A DNA stretch of 64,000 nt, from positions 96,001 to 160,000 of the forward strand of contig JAYPQH010000018.1 in NCBI GenBank assembly GCA_038131935.1, written 5' to 3'. The translations under genes were made by a program, and so were the position numbers. This DNA is from Alphaproteobacteria bacterium. GTDB taxonomy: Bacteria > Pseudomonadota > Alphaproteobacteria > UBA8317. Below, piece by piece: positions 55,372 through 64,000 of this stretch; the stretch's first letter is position 1; every line of letters starts with the position of its first letter. A model generated the notes under the pieces. It was not told the DNA's origin. It made no database searches and worked only from the letters and a program-made list of their open reading frames with translations.

Positions 55372-57635
55372 GGGTCCCCCTGGTCCATACGACCTGTGAT
55401 AGCATGGACTTGCTGTTCCAACCAACCACTTAAAGCAGGATCAGCTTGGTGAAGCTGGGTTAAAAACACGTTCTCTAACGCCCCAAGATCGAGTTGCGGG
55501 ATCAAACGCTTGATCAAAGGCACGGACGCTGGCGACATGGATAAATTGTCATAGCCCAACAGCATGAGCGCCAACGCACCCTCTGGGCGACCCGCCATTT
55601 CACCACATACAGAACAATCCACTTGAGATTGATCTGCCAATGTTTTGATACGCGCCAACACCCGCAACAATGCCACGGGATTGCGCCCATATCGATTTGC
55701 AACCCGTGCATTTCCACGATCTGCGGCATGCAAAAATTGATTAAGATCATTGGTACCTACCGCCACAAATGACACCCATCTGGCAATTTCTGGGATCATC
55801 TCCACCAAGGAAGGCACCTCAAGCATGACACCCAACTCGAGTTTCTCGGGAACATCATACCCCAATTTTTTGACCGCATCATACTCATGCTGTGCGATGG
55901 TGACGGCTGCTTCCAATTCGTCAATAGAGGCAACCATGGGAAACATGATGCGAAAATGTCGACCTTGTGATGCCTTCAGCATACAGCGCAACTGAAACCG
56001 CAAAAATGTCGGACGATCCAAACAAATCCGAATCGCACGCCAGCCTAGCGCAGGGTTATCATCACCAATTTTTTGTGCGTAAGGAAGCAGTTTGTCACCA
56101 CCAAGATCAAGCGTACGAAAGGTAACCAACTGGCCAGCTGCTGCCTCTAAGATATCATCATAAAACTTGATTTCAGCCCCTGCAGCAGGAAGACCAGGGG
56201 CGATCATATAATGCAATTCTGTTCGAAATAGCCCAACACCATCGCCATGCAACCGACTTACTTCCAGCACATCCTCACGCAAACCCGCATTGATACAGAC
56301 CTTCATGCGTTGCCCATCAGCGGTTATGGGGAGGGAAGCTGAAGTCTCAGCATCCCACTGATTGCGCAAACGCATCAAACGAACACGTTCAGACAAATTC
56401 TCCAAAACGGCTTCGGTGGGACGAACGTGAAGTTGTCCTGCATCACCATCAATGACCAGCACATCCCCCTCTCGGACGACATCTTCAGCCACCACGGTCT
56501 TGCCAATCATAGGGATACCCAAAGCCTTGGCCAATATGACAACATGAGAGGTCGGCGTTGCCTCTTCAACCACCAAGCCTTTCAATCTGGCCCGGTCATA
56601 ATCAAGTAGCTCTGCAGGTCCCAAGGTACGGGCAAGCAAAATGGCATTCTCTGGTATAGGTTCCACCCGCTCCCCGAGGACCCCAAGGGCACGAAACATG
56701 CGATGAGCGAGGTCATCCAGATCGTGAATACGCTCCCGAAAATACAGATTGGGTTGCCGCAACAAGCGCGCCCGCATGTCAGCATGCACCCGTTCCACAG
56801 CCGCCTCTGCTGAGAGGCCTTGCTCCACCGCCATGCGCATCCGTCGCAACCATCCATGATCTGCCGCGAACATACGCATGGTCTCCAAAACCTGCTCAAG
56901 CTCCCCCTCGGCTTCGTCTTGATAAGGTGCGCTCAGGGCTTCAAGTTCCGCTCGAACTTGCAAGACCGCGTCTTCCAAGCGCTTGAGTTCAGCCTTGGGA
57001 TCATCGGCAAGCAACCGCGATAACGAAACACGCAAATCATGAAACACCGCCTGCCCACGGGCAATACCATCAGCCAACGAGAGTCCTTCAACGGTTTGAG
57101 GGCGTTGGATATCTGCAATCATCACATCGCTGGGCTCAAGGGGTATCAATACCCCTACCACCAGCTCTGCCACCACCATGGCAACGATTTCGAGGGCCTC
57201 CACCTCATCATCTAGGTAGCCATGCTCCAAGCGATGCTGAATGGTCAAAACACCAATCACCTGCCCACCATGCAAAATGGGAACCCCAAGAAAACTAGAA
57301 AATGCTTCTTCACCTGTTTCTGGACGGTAGGCAAAGTCTGGACTGAGGCTCGCTTGGAGCAAACGTAATGGTTTTGCACGCCGTGCGATACGACCCGTCA
57401 GGCCCTCACCGAAGCGTAATGTGGTGTGATGAACTGCTTTTTGAGCCAAACCAAAGGTGGCAAACAATTCCAACATTTCATGGCGCCGGCTAAGATAAAT
57501 GGAGCATACATCCGCAGCTGACCCTTCCGCAATCGCGGTGACAATATTATTCAGCTTTGACTGGGCATCGCCAGCTCCCGCCATAATATCACGCACCAGG
57601 CGCAAGGTTGTGCGAGATGATACATCCAATGCCAT
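55368..57635 (-). CDS. ptsP: PEP-protein phosphotransferase EI-Ntr with GAF domain
   Basis: GAF domain (DVCSIY, GEGLTG), TSHVVI phospho-His, GLFRTE, NPALGWRAIR, GTNDL. Confidence 0.96.
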   Translation of the reverse strand: MALDVSSRTTLRLVRDIMAGAGDAQSKLNNIVTAIAEGSAADVCSIYLSRRHEMLELFATFGLAQKAVHHTTLRFGEGLTGRIARRAKPLRLLQASLSPDFAYRPETGEEAFSSFLGVPILHGGQVIGVLTIQHRLEHGYLDDEVEALEIVAMVVAELVVGVLIPLEPSDVMIADIQRPQTVEGLSLADGIARGQAVFHDLRVSLSRLLADDPKAELKRLEDAVLQVRAELEALSAPYQDEAEGELEQVLETMRMFAADHGWLRRMRMAVEQGLSAEAAVERVHADMRARLLRQPNLYFRERIHDLDDLAHRMFRALGVLGERVEPIPENAILLARTLGPAELLDYDRARLKGLVVEEATPTSHVVILAKALGIPMIGKTVVAEDVVREGDVLVIDGDAGQLHVRPTEAVLENLSERVRLMRLRNQWDAETSASLPITADGQRMKVCINAGLREDVLEVSRLHGDGVGLFRTELHYMIAPGLPAAGAEIKFYDDILEAAAGQLVTFRTLDLGGDKLLPYAQKIGDDNPALGWRAIRICLDRPTFLRFQLRCMLKASQGRHFRIMFPMVASIDELEAAVTIAQHEYDAVKKLGYDVPEKLELGVMLEVPSLVEMIPEIARWVSFVAVGTNDLNQFLHAADRGNARVANRYGRNPVALLRVLARIKTLADQSQVDCSVCGEMAGRPEGALALMLLGYDNLSMSPASVPLIKRLIPQLDLGALENVFLTQLHQADPALSGWLEQQVHAITGRMDQGDP

Positions 57636-57637
57636 AT

Positions 57638-58873
57638 TTACTGAGCCTGTTGTGCTTGAGCCAAACCATAAGCTTCATGCAAAGAGCGCACAGCAAGCTC
57701 CGTGTAGGCCTCATCAATCAAAACAGAGATTTTGATCTCTGAGGTTGTGATGGCCAAAATATTGATGCTCCGCTCAGCCAGGCAAGCGAACATTTTTGCC
57801 GCCACACCCGCATGTGAGCGCATACCAATTCCGATGATGGAGATTTTTGAAACCCCAGGTTTGAAAATCACCTCTTCGGCTTGCATCATATCTTGCAACT
57901 GATCGAGCACTTCACGGGCCTTGGCAACCTGATCGTCCAAAACCGTGAAGGTAATATCAGCCTGTTCTCCATCTGACGAGATATTTTGAATGATCATATC
58001 CACATTCAAACCCGCATCGGCCAAAGGACCAAAAATTTGGGCGGCAACACCAGGGCGATCTTTGACCCCCCGCAACGTCACCTGAGCCTCATTGCGTGAG
58101 TAGGCAACACCTGTGACAACTTCCTGCTCCATAATTTCCTCCTCTGGGCATACGATCGTACCTGGGGTTTCTGGTGCGAATGAAGAACGCACACATAAGC
58201 GAACTTGATGAACATAGGCCATCTCAACGGACCTCGTCTGTAAGACTTTTGCGCCTAAGGATGCCATTTCCAACATTTCTTCAAAGGCAATCATGGGTCG
58301 CTTGCGCGCTTGGGGAACGATTCGAGGATCTGTCGTGTAGACCCCATCCACATCGGTGTAGATATCACATCGATCAGCCCCCAAGGCGGCCGCCAAAGCC
58401 ACCGCTGATGTATCAGAACCACCACGGCCTAATGTGGTGATCCGACCTGCATCAGAAATACCCTGGAAGCCTGCAACCACCGCGCAAACACCTTGCGAAA
58501 ATCTTTCTTCAATGCCCGCCACGTCGATAGATTGAATGCGCGCGGCTCCATGCATATCCGTTGTCCGAATGGGCAATTGCCACCCCAACCATGAGCGCGC
58601 CGGCACACCCAAATCATTTAATGCCATGGCCAGCAAACCAACTGTGATTTGCTCACCTGTCGCCACCACCGTGTCATATTCCCTTGTGTCATGCACTTGG
58701 GCAATATTGCGTGTCCAACCAACCAATTGATTGGTGGTCCCAGCCATGGCGGAGACCACCACAGCGATCTCATGACCTGCGTCAGCTTGTGCCTTCACTG
58801 TTCTGGCCACATGCTGAATTCGCTCTATATCACCTACCGACGTACCGCCGAATTTCATTACTATACGCGCCAT
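57638..58873 (-). CDS. lysC: Aspartate kinase
   Basis: MKFGGTSV, TTLGRGGSDTSA, two ACT domains. Confidence 0.97.
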   Translation of the reverse strand: MARIVMKFGGTSVGDIERIQHVARTVKAQADAGHEIAVVVSAMAGTTNQLVGWTRNIAQVHDTREYDTVVATGEQITVGLLAMALNDLGVPARSWLGWQLPIRTTDMHGAARIQSIDVAGIEERFSQGVCAVVAGFQGISDAGRITTLGRGGSDTSAVALAAALGADRCDIYTDVDGVYTTDPRIVPQARKRPMIAFEEMLEMASLGAKVLQTRSVEMAYVHQVRLCVRSSFAPETPGTIVCPEEEIMEQEVVTGVAYSRNEAQVTLRGVKDRPGVAAQIFGPLADAGLNVDMIIQNISSDGEQADITFTVLDDQVAKAREVLDQLQDMMQAEEVIFKPGVSKISIIGIGMRSHAGVAAKMFACLAERSINILAITTSEIKISVLIDEAYTELAVRSLHEAYGLAQAQQAQ

Positions 58874-59057
58874 CGCTTTCCTTATATCCCCCAGTTTGAG
58901 GAAGCCTTTGGATGGAAAACCACCCTTGGCCTGCATTCCAACCCTGAGGTATTAAAGATAAGGGGAAGTGGCAAGATGGCGCGGCCACCTCATGAAGATG
59001 AAAAGATGATAATAACTTGGCAAGACGCTGCAAAGAAGACCGGAAAGAAGATTTTTT

Positions 59058-59834
59058 ATGATGGCACCACGACCCAGTAAGACCGCAAAACATAGCAGCC
59101 AAGAAACTGCCCATGCCCGTCGGGTTGATCCTCTAGAAACGGCACAATTCGCCCAGCACGCAAAAGATTGGTGGGACCCCCAAGGGTCCATGGCGATGTT
59201 GCATGAAATCAACCCCACCCGCATGGGATATATCAGGCAAATGCTGTCAGGGCCTCAGCCCCAAGAAAAACCCTTGAAAGGTATGCGCATTTGTGATCTC
59301 GGTTGTGGTGCTGGGTTGGTGAGTTTGGCTTTATCCCGTTTGGGTGCGGACGTCACTGGCCTTGATGCCACCGCAGCATTGATTTTGGCAGGCCAGCAAC
59401 AAGCCCGAACAGAAGGCTTACCGGTTACGTTTTTGCATATGACATCTGACCAATTGGCTGCAGAGGGCACGGTATTTGATCATCTTGTGTGCTTGGAAAT
59501 GCTGGAGCATGTCCCTGACCCCCAGAGTATCATTGATGATGCAGCCGCCCTCTTGCGTCCTGGCGGCACAGCTATTTTTTCCACGTTAAACCGAACGACA
59601 AAATCCTTTTTTGGTGGGATTCTTTTTGCCGAATATCTGGCAGGCTGGGTTCCGCGGGGGACCCATCAATGGCGCCGCTTTATCAAACCTGATGAATTGA
59701 TCGAAATGACCAAAAAAGCAGGGTTTCAAGCCAAAGACGTCACAGGCATGTCGTACGACCCTCTGCGCGGTATTTTTCATTTAAGCGATGACCAGAGCAT
59801 CAACTATTTTCTAACGGTTGAAAAACAAACCTAA
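59058..59834 (+). CDS. ubiG: Ubiquinone biosynthesis O-methyltransferase
   Basis: WWDPQG..LHEINP, DLGCGAG, EMLEHVPD, STLNRT, PRGTH. Confidence 0.94.
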   Translation: MMAPRPSKTAKHSSQETAHARRVDPLETAQFAQHAKDWWDPQGSMAMLHEINPTRMGYIRQMLSGPQPQEKPLKGMRICDLGCGAGLVSLALSRLGADVTGLDATAALILAGQQQARTEGLPVTFLHMTSDQLAAEGTVFDHLVCLEMLEHVPDPQSIIDDAAALLRPGGTAIFSTLNRTTKSFFGGILFAEYLAGWVPRGTHQWRRFIKPDELIEMTKKAGFQAKDVTGMSYDPLRGIFHLSDDQSINYFLTVEKQT

Positions 59835-60241
59835 TTTTGGGTTTTTGGGTCAGGCGCCAACGGCATGACTTGGATACCTTCCTCATGCAAAGCCTGAATA
59901 TCAGGAAGGCTTGCTTCCCCGACGATGGGACGTTCCTCGACTTCACCATAATGGATCTTGCGGGCCTCTTCTGGAAATTTATCCCCCACGACATGTGCCT
60001 CCTCGCGCACCTTCTTCGACCAAGCCCGCCAACTTTCCAACAAAGCTTTTTGAGCAACGTCCTTTGCCGCACGCTCTGGGGAGGCAATACGTGGGGTCAT
60101 GAGCGCTTTGTCTACCTGCTGCGAACCACATTGCGCGCACAACAAAAGGCCATCTTGACGCTGCTGTTCATAGGCATCAGATGAAGAAAACCAAGCTTCA
60201 AATTCATGTCCATCATCACATGACAGGGTAAATTTGATCAT
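59831..60241 (-). CDS. DUF1178 family protein
   Basis: MIKFTLSCDDGHEFEAWF, CxxCG, KALMTP, FPEEARKIHYGE. Confidence 0.92.
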   Translation of the reverse strand: MIKFTLSCDDGHEFEAWFSSSDAYEQQRQDGLLLCAQCGSQQVDKALMTPRIASPERAAKDVAQKALLESWRAWSKKVREEAHVVGDKFPEEARKIHYGEVEERPIVGEASLPDIQALHEEGIQVMPLAPDPKTQN

Positions 60242-60289
60242 TCCATACTCCTTCCCTCCCATAGACATGGGTGCACAACACCCCTTTGG

Positions 60290-61114
60290 TCAAGATGATC
60301 GCGACCAACTGCGCGCCAAGCTGGTGGTTGGCAAGCGTTCACGGGCTTCAGAAATTTTGGCTTTATCCAAATCAACCCATGCCAAAGCTGCCCCCACCCC
60401 CATATCCAAGAGAACATCACCCCAAGGGTCAATAACTAAGGAATGACCATAGGTTTGACGCCCATCCTCATGCCCTCCACTTTGTGCGGCTGCCACAACA
60501 AAGCAGCCATGCTCAATGGCCCGAGCACGCAACAATACCTCCCAATGTTTCTCACCTGTGGGACGGGCAAATGATGATGGGATAAGAAATATATCAGCGC
60601 CCAAATCTCGAAGATCTTTGTAAAGAGAGGGGAAACGCATATCAAAACAGATGCTCAACCCAAAAGACATGCCCTCGTGAGACAGGGAGACCAAACGATC
60701 ACCAGCACAAAAGCTTTGAGATTCTTGATATTGCTCCCCATTTGGTAAGAACGCGTCATACAAATGGATTTTGTCATAATGGGCCCGCACGGCTTGATCA
60801 GGATCAATCCATAAAGAACGGTTTGCAAAACGACCAGGATCTTGCTCCCCAAGAGGCCAAGGTAAGGAGCCTAAGGCCAATGCAATGCCAACATGTGCAA
60901 CGGCATCTTCCAAACGCTTTATATAATCACGAGCTTTCTGCTGGGTCCAATGTTGCGCCATCCGTTTTCGGTCTCGGTCCAGCAACAAAGCCATTTCTGG
61001 GGTAGCCAAGAGGCTTGCACCCTCGGCACCCGCCCAGCGGAGATCCTTGATGATCTGTTTTAAATTTGCATCAGGATCAATACCTGTTTGGGTTTGAGCG
61101 ACCGCAACACGCAT
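60290..61114 (-). CDS. Carbon-nitrogen hydrolase (Nit1-like deaminated-glutathione amidase)
   Basis: TPE, YDKIHL, SICFDMRFP, LLRARAIE, TYGHS. Confidence 0.92.
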   Translation of the reverse strand: MRVAVAQTQTGIDPDANLKQIIKDLRWAGAEGASLLATPEMALLLDRDRKRMAQHWTQQKARDYIKRLEDAVAHVGIALALGSLPWPLGEQDPGRFANRSLWIDPDQAVRAHYDKIHLYDAFLPNGEQYQESQSFCAGDRLVSLSHEGMSFGLSICFDMRFPSLYKDLRDLGADIFLIPSSFARPTGEKHWEVLLRARAIEHGCFVVAAAQSGGHEDGRQTYGHSLVIDPWGDVLLDMGVGAALAWVDLDKAKISEARERLPTTSLARSWSRSS

Positions 61115-61122
61115 CAGAATTG

Positions 61123-61389
61123 TTATCCTGCCAACAATGCGTCAAGTTTGCCCGAAGCTTCCAAGGCATACAGTTCATCACAACCACCAAGAGCTAGATC
61201 ATCGACGAAGATCTGCGGAACAGTCGACGCCCCTCCTGATCTTTTGCTCATTTGCTGACGCAAGTCTGGAGAAAATGTCACATCAATTTCCTCAAAACCA
61301 ACACCTTTTGCCGTCAGCAATTTTTTTGCACGCGTGCAGAATGGACACATCATTGCAGTATAAATTTGCACAGCTTTTGTTGCCATCAT
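61123..61389 (-). CDS. grxC: Glutaredoxin 3
   Basis: CPFC, TVPQIF, GGCDEL. Confidence 0.96.
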   Translation of the reverse strand: MMATKAVQIYTAMMCPFCTRAKKLLTAKGVGFEEIDVTFSPDLRQQMSKRSGGASTVPQIFVDDLALGGCDELYALEASGKLDALLAG

Positions 61390-61448
61390 CACTCTCCCAA
61401 AACTTGCCATTCCTCTTGACTCCATCATATGGGGGGATGGGAGGCATT

Positions 61449-62165
61449 ATGGCAAGACAACAGATACAAAAACCATTTTCAGAGCAACGACATCGACTAC
61501 ATGTGATGCGTGCGCAAAAGATAACATCAGAGGCACGCTTTCTGCTTCAGGATATCTTTGAAGCTTGGCAACTTAAACTGGCACTTCTTGATCGCCCCTT
61601 TGTGAGCGCTTTAGAGCTCAGTGCCATGCCCCCCATGGCCGAGAGCTTAGGGATCGACGCACCTCATATTCAACATATAAGCGCCCTTGAAGGCAGCTAT
61701 GATCTGATCATGGCGCCATTGCTTTTGGATGTAGCAAATGATCCTGCCATGGCCTTGAGGCGCTGTTGGGAACATTTACAGCCCGATGGTGTCCTTTTAA
61801 CGGCCTGTTTGGGTGAAGATAATCTGCGTGATTTTGTCCAAGCCGTGATGCATACAGAAATGTCTCAATCACAAGGAGCCGCCGCGCGCTTTCATCCAAG
61901 AATATCTCTACAAGACATAGCCGGACTTGCCGTGCATGTTGGCTTCACCAACCCAGTGGTGGACAAAGATCAATTATCAGTGCGCTACCAACATCTTCAT
62001 AGTTTTGCCAAAGACATGCGCGCCCATGGCTTACAAAATAGCCTCACCGATATTCGGCCCCTCACCAAAACATTGCTTCACGAAATCAACGAAAAGCTTC
62101 TCGGACCACAAAGTACGCCTTTGCGTTTTGAAATCCTCCATCTCACCGCATTTCGCAGCTCATGA
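61449..62165 (+). CDS. SAM-dependent methyltransferase (BioC/NDUFAF5-like), divergent
   Basis: YDLIMAPLLL..ANDP, LQPDG, RFHP, GFTNPVVD; conserved position next to mutT and grxC. Confidence 0.75.
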   Translation: MARQQIQKPFSEQRHRLHVMRAQKITSEARFLLQDIFEAWQLKLALLDRPFVSALELSAMPPMAESLGIDAPHIQHISALEGSYDLIMAPLLLDVANDPAMALRRCWEHLQPDGVLLTACLGEDNLRDFVQAVMHTEMSQSQGAAARFHPRISLQDIAGLAVHVGFTNPVVDKDQLSVRYQHLHSFAKDMRAHGLQNSLTDIRPLTKTLLHEINEKLLGPQSTPLRFEILHLTAFRSS

Positions 62166-62570
62166 ACGCAAAATATCCTGCAGATACGGAATAAGCGGAA
62201 GGTCTGCCTCCGGCATGGGGTACCCACGCAAGAGGGACGCTCTGACCCATTTGAGCTGTTGTTGTTCACGCCCTTGTGGCTGGCCTTGCCAGCGACGGCA
62301 AATATAAAGCGGCATGAGCAGGTGGAAGTCTGCATAGGCATGGGATGCAAAGGTAAGCGGGGCAAGGCAATCTTCATGGGTTGTCACCCCCAGTTCTTCC
62401 ATCAACTCACGGCAGAGCGTTTGCTCAGGGGTCTCACCCAACTCCCACTTGCCGCCTGGGAATTCCCATAACCCCGCCATAGATTTCCCTTCTGGACGTT
62501 GCGCCAACAACACCCGCTCGTCGGCATCAACAAGCGCCACGGCCACCACCAAAAGCATATTGTTTGTCAC
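62160..62570 (-). CDS. mutT: 8-oxo-dGTP diphosphatase
   Basis: LAQRPEGKSMAGLWEFPGGK, Nudix box, FASHAY..FHLLMPL. Confidence 0.93.
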   Translation of the reverse strand: MTNNMLLVVAVALVDADERVLLAQRPEGKSMAGLWEFPGGKWELGETPEQTLCRELMEELGVTTHEDCLAPLTFASHAYADFHLLMPLYICRRWQGQPQGREQQQLKWVRASLLRGYPMPEADLPLIPYLQDILRS

Positions 62571-62618
62571 GCCATATCCTCCCCGGCCTTGGTTTGCCCC
62601 CCGTTTGGTACGACCAAC

Positions 62619-64000
62619 CTAACTTCGGTAGTCCGCGTTGATCCGGATATAGCCATGGGTCAAATCGCAGGTCCATACAGTGGAGCGCGACCGACCAACA
62701 CCAACATCAACCTCAATATCAATATGCTGGCCTTGCATGTAACGGCTCATCACGGTTTCATCATAATCAGGATCACGCATTCCTTGTTGGGCAACCCGAT
62801 AGCCCCCGAAGGCGATCATGAGCTTATCACGATCTGCCTGCTCACCTGACTTCCCGACCGCCATGACAACCCGTCCCCAGTTGGCGTCTTCACCTGCGAT
62901 GGCGGTTTTCACGAGAGGTGAGTTGGCAATCGACATCGCAATGCGCCTTGCTGCATGAGCACTTGCAGCACCTGTGACCGTGATGGTGATGAATTTGGTG
63001 GCCCCTTCCCCATCACACACCACCTGTCGGGCCAAATCTTGCATCAAATCATCGAGCTTTTCTCGAAAATCTTTGAGTCGGGGATCTGAAGCCCTGCGTA
63101 CGGGTTCATGACGAGCCTGGCTTGTTGCATACATCAAACACATATCAGAGGTTGAGGTATCGCCATCCACGGTGATCGCATTGAAGCTGTCCCGGGTGCT
63201 GGCCAACAGCATATTCTCCAAAACATTGGGGGGAATAGCTGCATCCGTCATCACAAATGACAACATGGTCGCCATATCTGGGGCAATCATCCCTGAACCT
63301 TTGGCAATTCCATTGATGGTGATTTTGGTACCATCGATTTCAGCGGTACGCGTTGCACCTTTTGCAAAGGTATCCGTGGTCATGATCGCAGCAGCGGCCT
63401 TTTCCCATGCCATTTGGCCGGTAGTTTGGTGGGCGCCTTCCACCATCTGGGCCAATTTCTGCGTAATGGGCACAACATCCAAAGGTTCACCAATGACACC
63501 TGTTGATGCCAGCGAAACATCCCGCGGATCAGCTTCGAGATGGTGCGCCATTTCGCGTGCCAATGTCTCACAAGCGGCATCTCCATGAGACCCTGTGAAG
63601 GCGTTCGCATTGCCGGCATTGACCAACAAACCTCTTGCACCACCATGACGGACAGCATCACGTGTCCATGTAACGGGGGCACCAGGGGTTTGAGATTGGG
63701 TGAACACACCTGCCACAGATGTACCCGGCGCGAAGGTGGCCAAAAGCAAATCGTCGCGGCCTTTATACCTCGAACCTGAACATGCGGTTGCCAGCCCAAC
63801 ACCTGCAACTGCCGGCATGGCAGGGAATCTTGCCGGGGCTAATGGTGAGCGGTTGGTGGACTTTTTGCTATCTTGCCCCATGGCGCGCGCAACCGCTTGC
63901 TTGGCGGCTTGTTTTGCCGCCTGTTTTGCGGTTTTTCGGATAATATCTCTGGTGGCCGCAATCAGGTCTTGTTCCAGCTGATCTAAGCCATGTTCATTGT
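62619..64000 (-). CDS. argJ: Bifunctional ornithine acetyltransferase/N-acetylglutamate synthase; frame stays open upstream of ATG 63881 to the window edge
   Basis: NAGNANA, IMTTDT, KGSGMIAPDMATML, DGEGATK, DANWGR, INADYRS. Confidence 0.96.
   Translation of the reverse strand, partial: NEHGLDQLEQDLIAATRDIIRKTAKQAAKQAAKQAVARAMGQDSKKSTNRSPLAPARFPAMPAVAGVGLATACSGSRYKGRDDLLLATFAPGTSVAGVFTQSQTPGAPVTWTRDAVRHGGARGLLVNAGNANAFTGSHGDAACETLAREMAHHLEADPRDVSLASTGVIGEPLDVVPITQKLAQMVEGAHQTTGQMAWEKAAAAIMTTDTFAKGATRTAEIDGTKITINGIAKGSGMIAPDMATMLSFVMTDAAIPPNVLENMLLASTRDSFNAITVDGDTSTSDMCLMYATSQARHEPVRRASDPRLKDFREKLDDLMQDLARQVVCDGEGATKFITITVTGAASAHAARRIAMSIANSPLVKTAIAGEDANWGRVVMAVGKSGEQADRDKLMIAFGGYRVAQQGMRDPDYDETVMSRYMQGQHIDIEVDVGVGRSRSTVWTCDLTHGYIRINADYRS

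Noticed and set aside
61137-61448. Long N-terminal extension of the methyltransferase given by the ORF track
   Set aside because: It overlaps grxC on the opposite strand; the ATG at 61449 has a GGAGG RBS and is the credible start.

Overview
A 64-kb chromosomal segment from an alphaproteobacterium (about 48% GC by eye). It has four parts. (1) 1-20.4 kb is mostly housekeeping: split metH-metK, smpB, dapA, a lytic transglycosylase, sulP, an FKBP-FKBP-rhodanese fusion, phbB, typA and nudC, interrupted by a GC-rich Fic islet. (2) 20.4-37.2 kb is an accessory block: a solitary CbiM-like protein, gap-arsJ arsenate detoxification, modABC, a VOC protein, a 2OG-Fe(II) oxygenase, a RimK-like ligase, a TAXI-TRAP transporter, an RpiR regulator, a class-III aminotransferase and an HpxW-like amidohydrolase. 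(3) A GC-rich decayed integrative element (Xis-like remnant, hipB, hipA with an internal stop) abuts the tRNA-fMet at the end of a complete minus-strand rRNA operon (16S, tRNA-Ile, tRNA-Ala, 23S with two intervening sequences, 5S, tRNA-fMet). (4) 45-64 kb is the conserved alphaproteobacterial M23-clpB-DUF4167-prmC-prfA-ispG-rodZ-ptsP-lysC/ubiG-grxC-mutT-argJ region. Several genes, including the essential prfA, are broken by small indels, mostly in homopolymers, which points to uncorrected long-read errors rather than true pseudogenes. The best leads are the RpiR/TAXI/aminotransferase/HpxW/RimK-like/2OG cluster, a hipA split into HipS-like and HipT-like halves, the helically phased repeat array in front of the Fic gene, the periplasmic FKBP2-rhodanese fusion, the multi-hairpin 23S helix-45 IVS and the DUF4167 leader. 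All family assignments come from motif recognition only; no searches were run.
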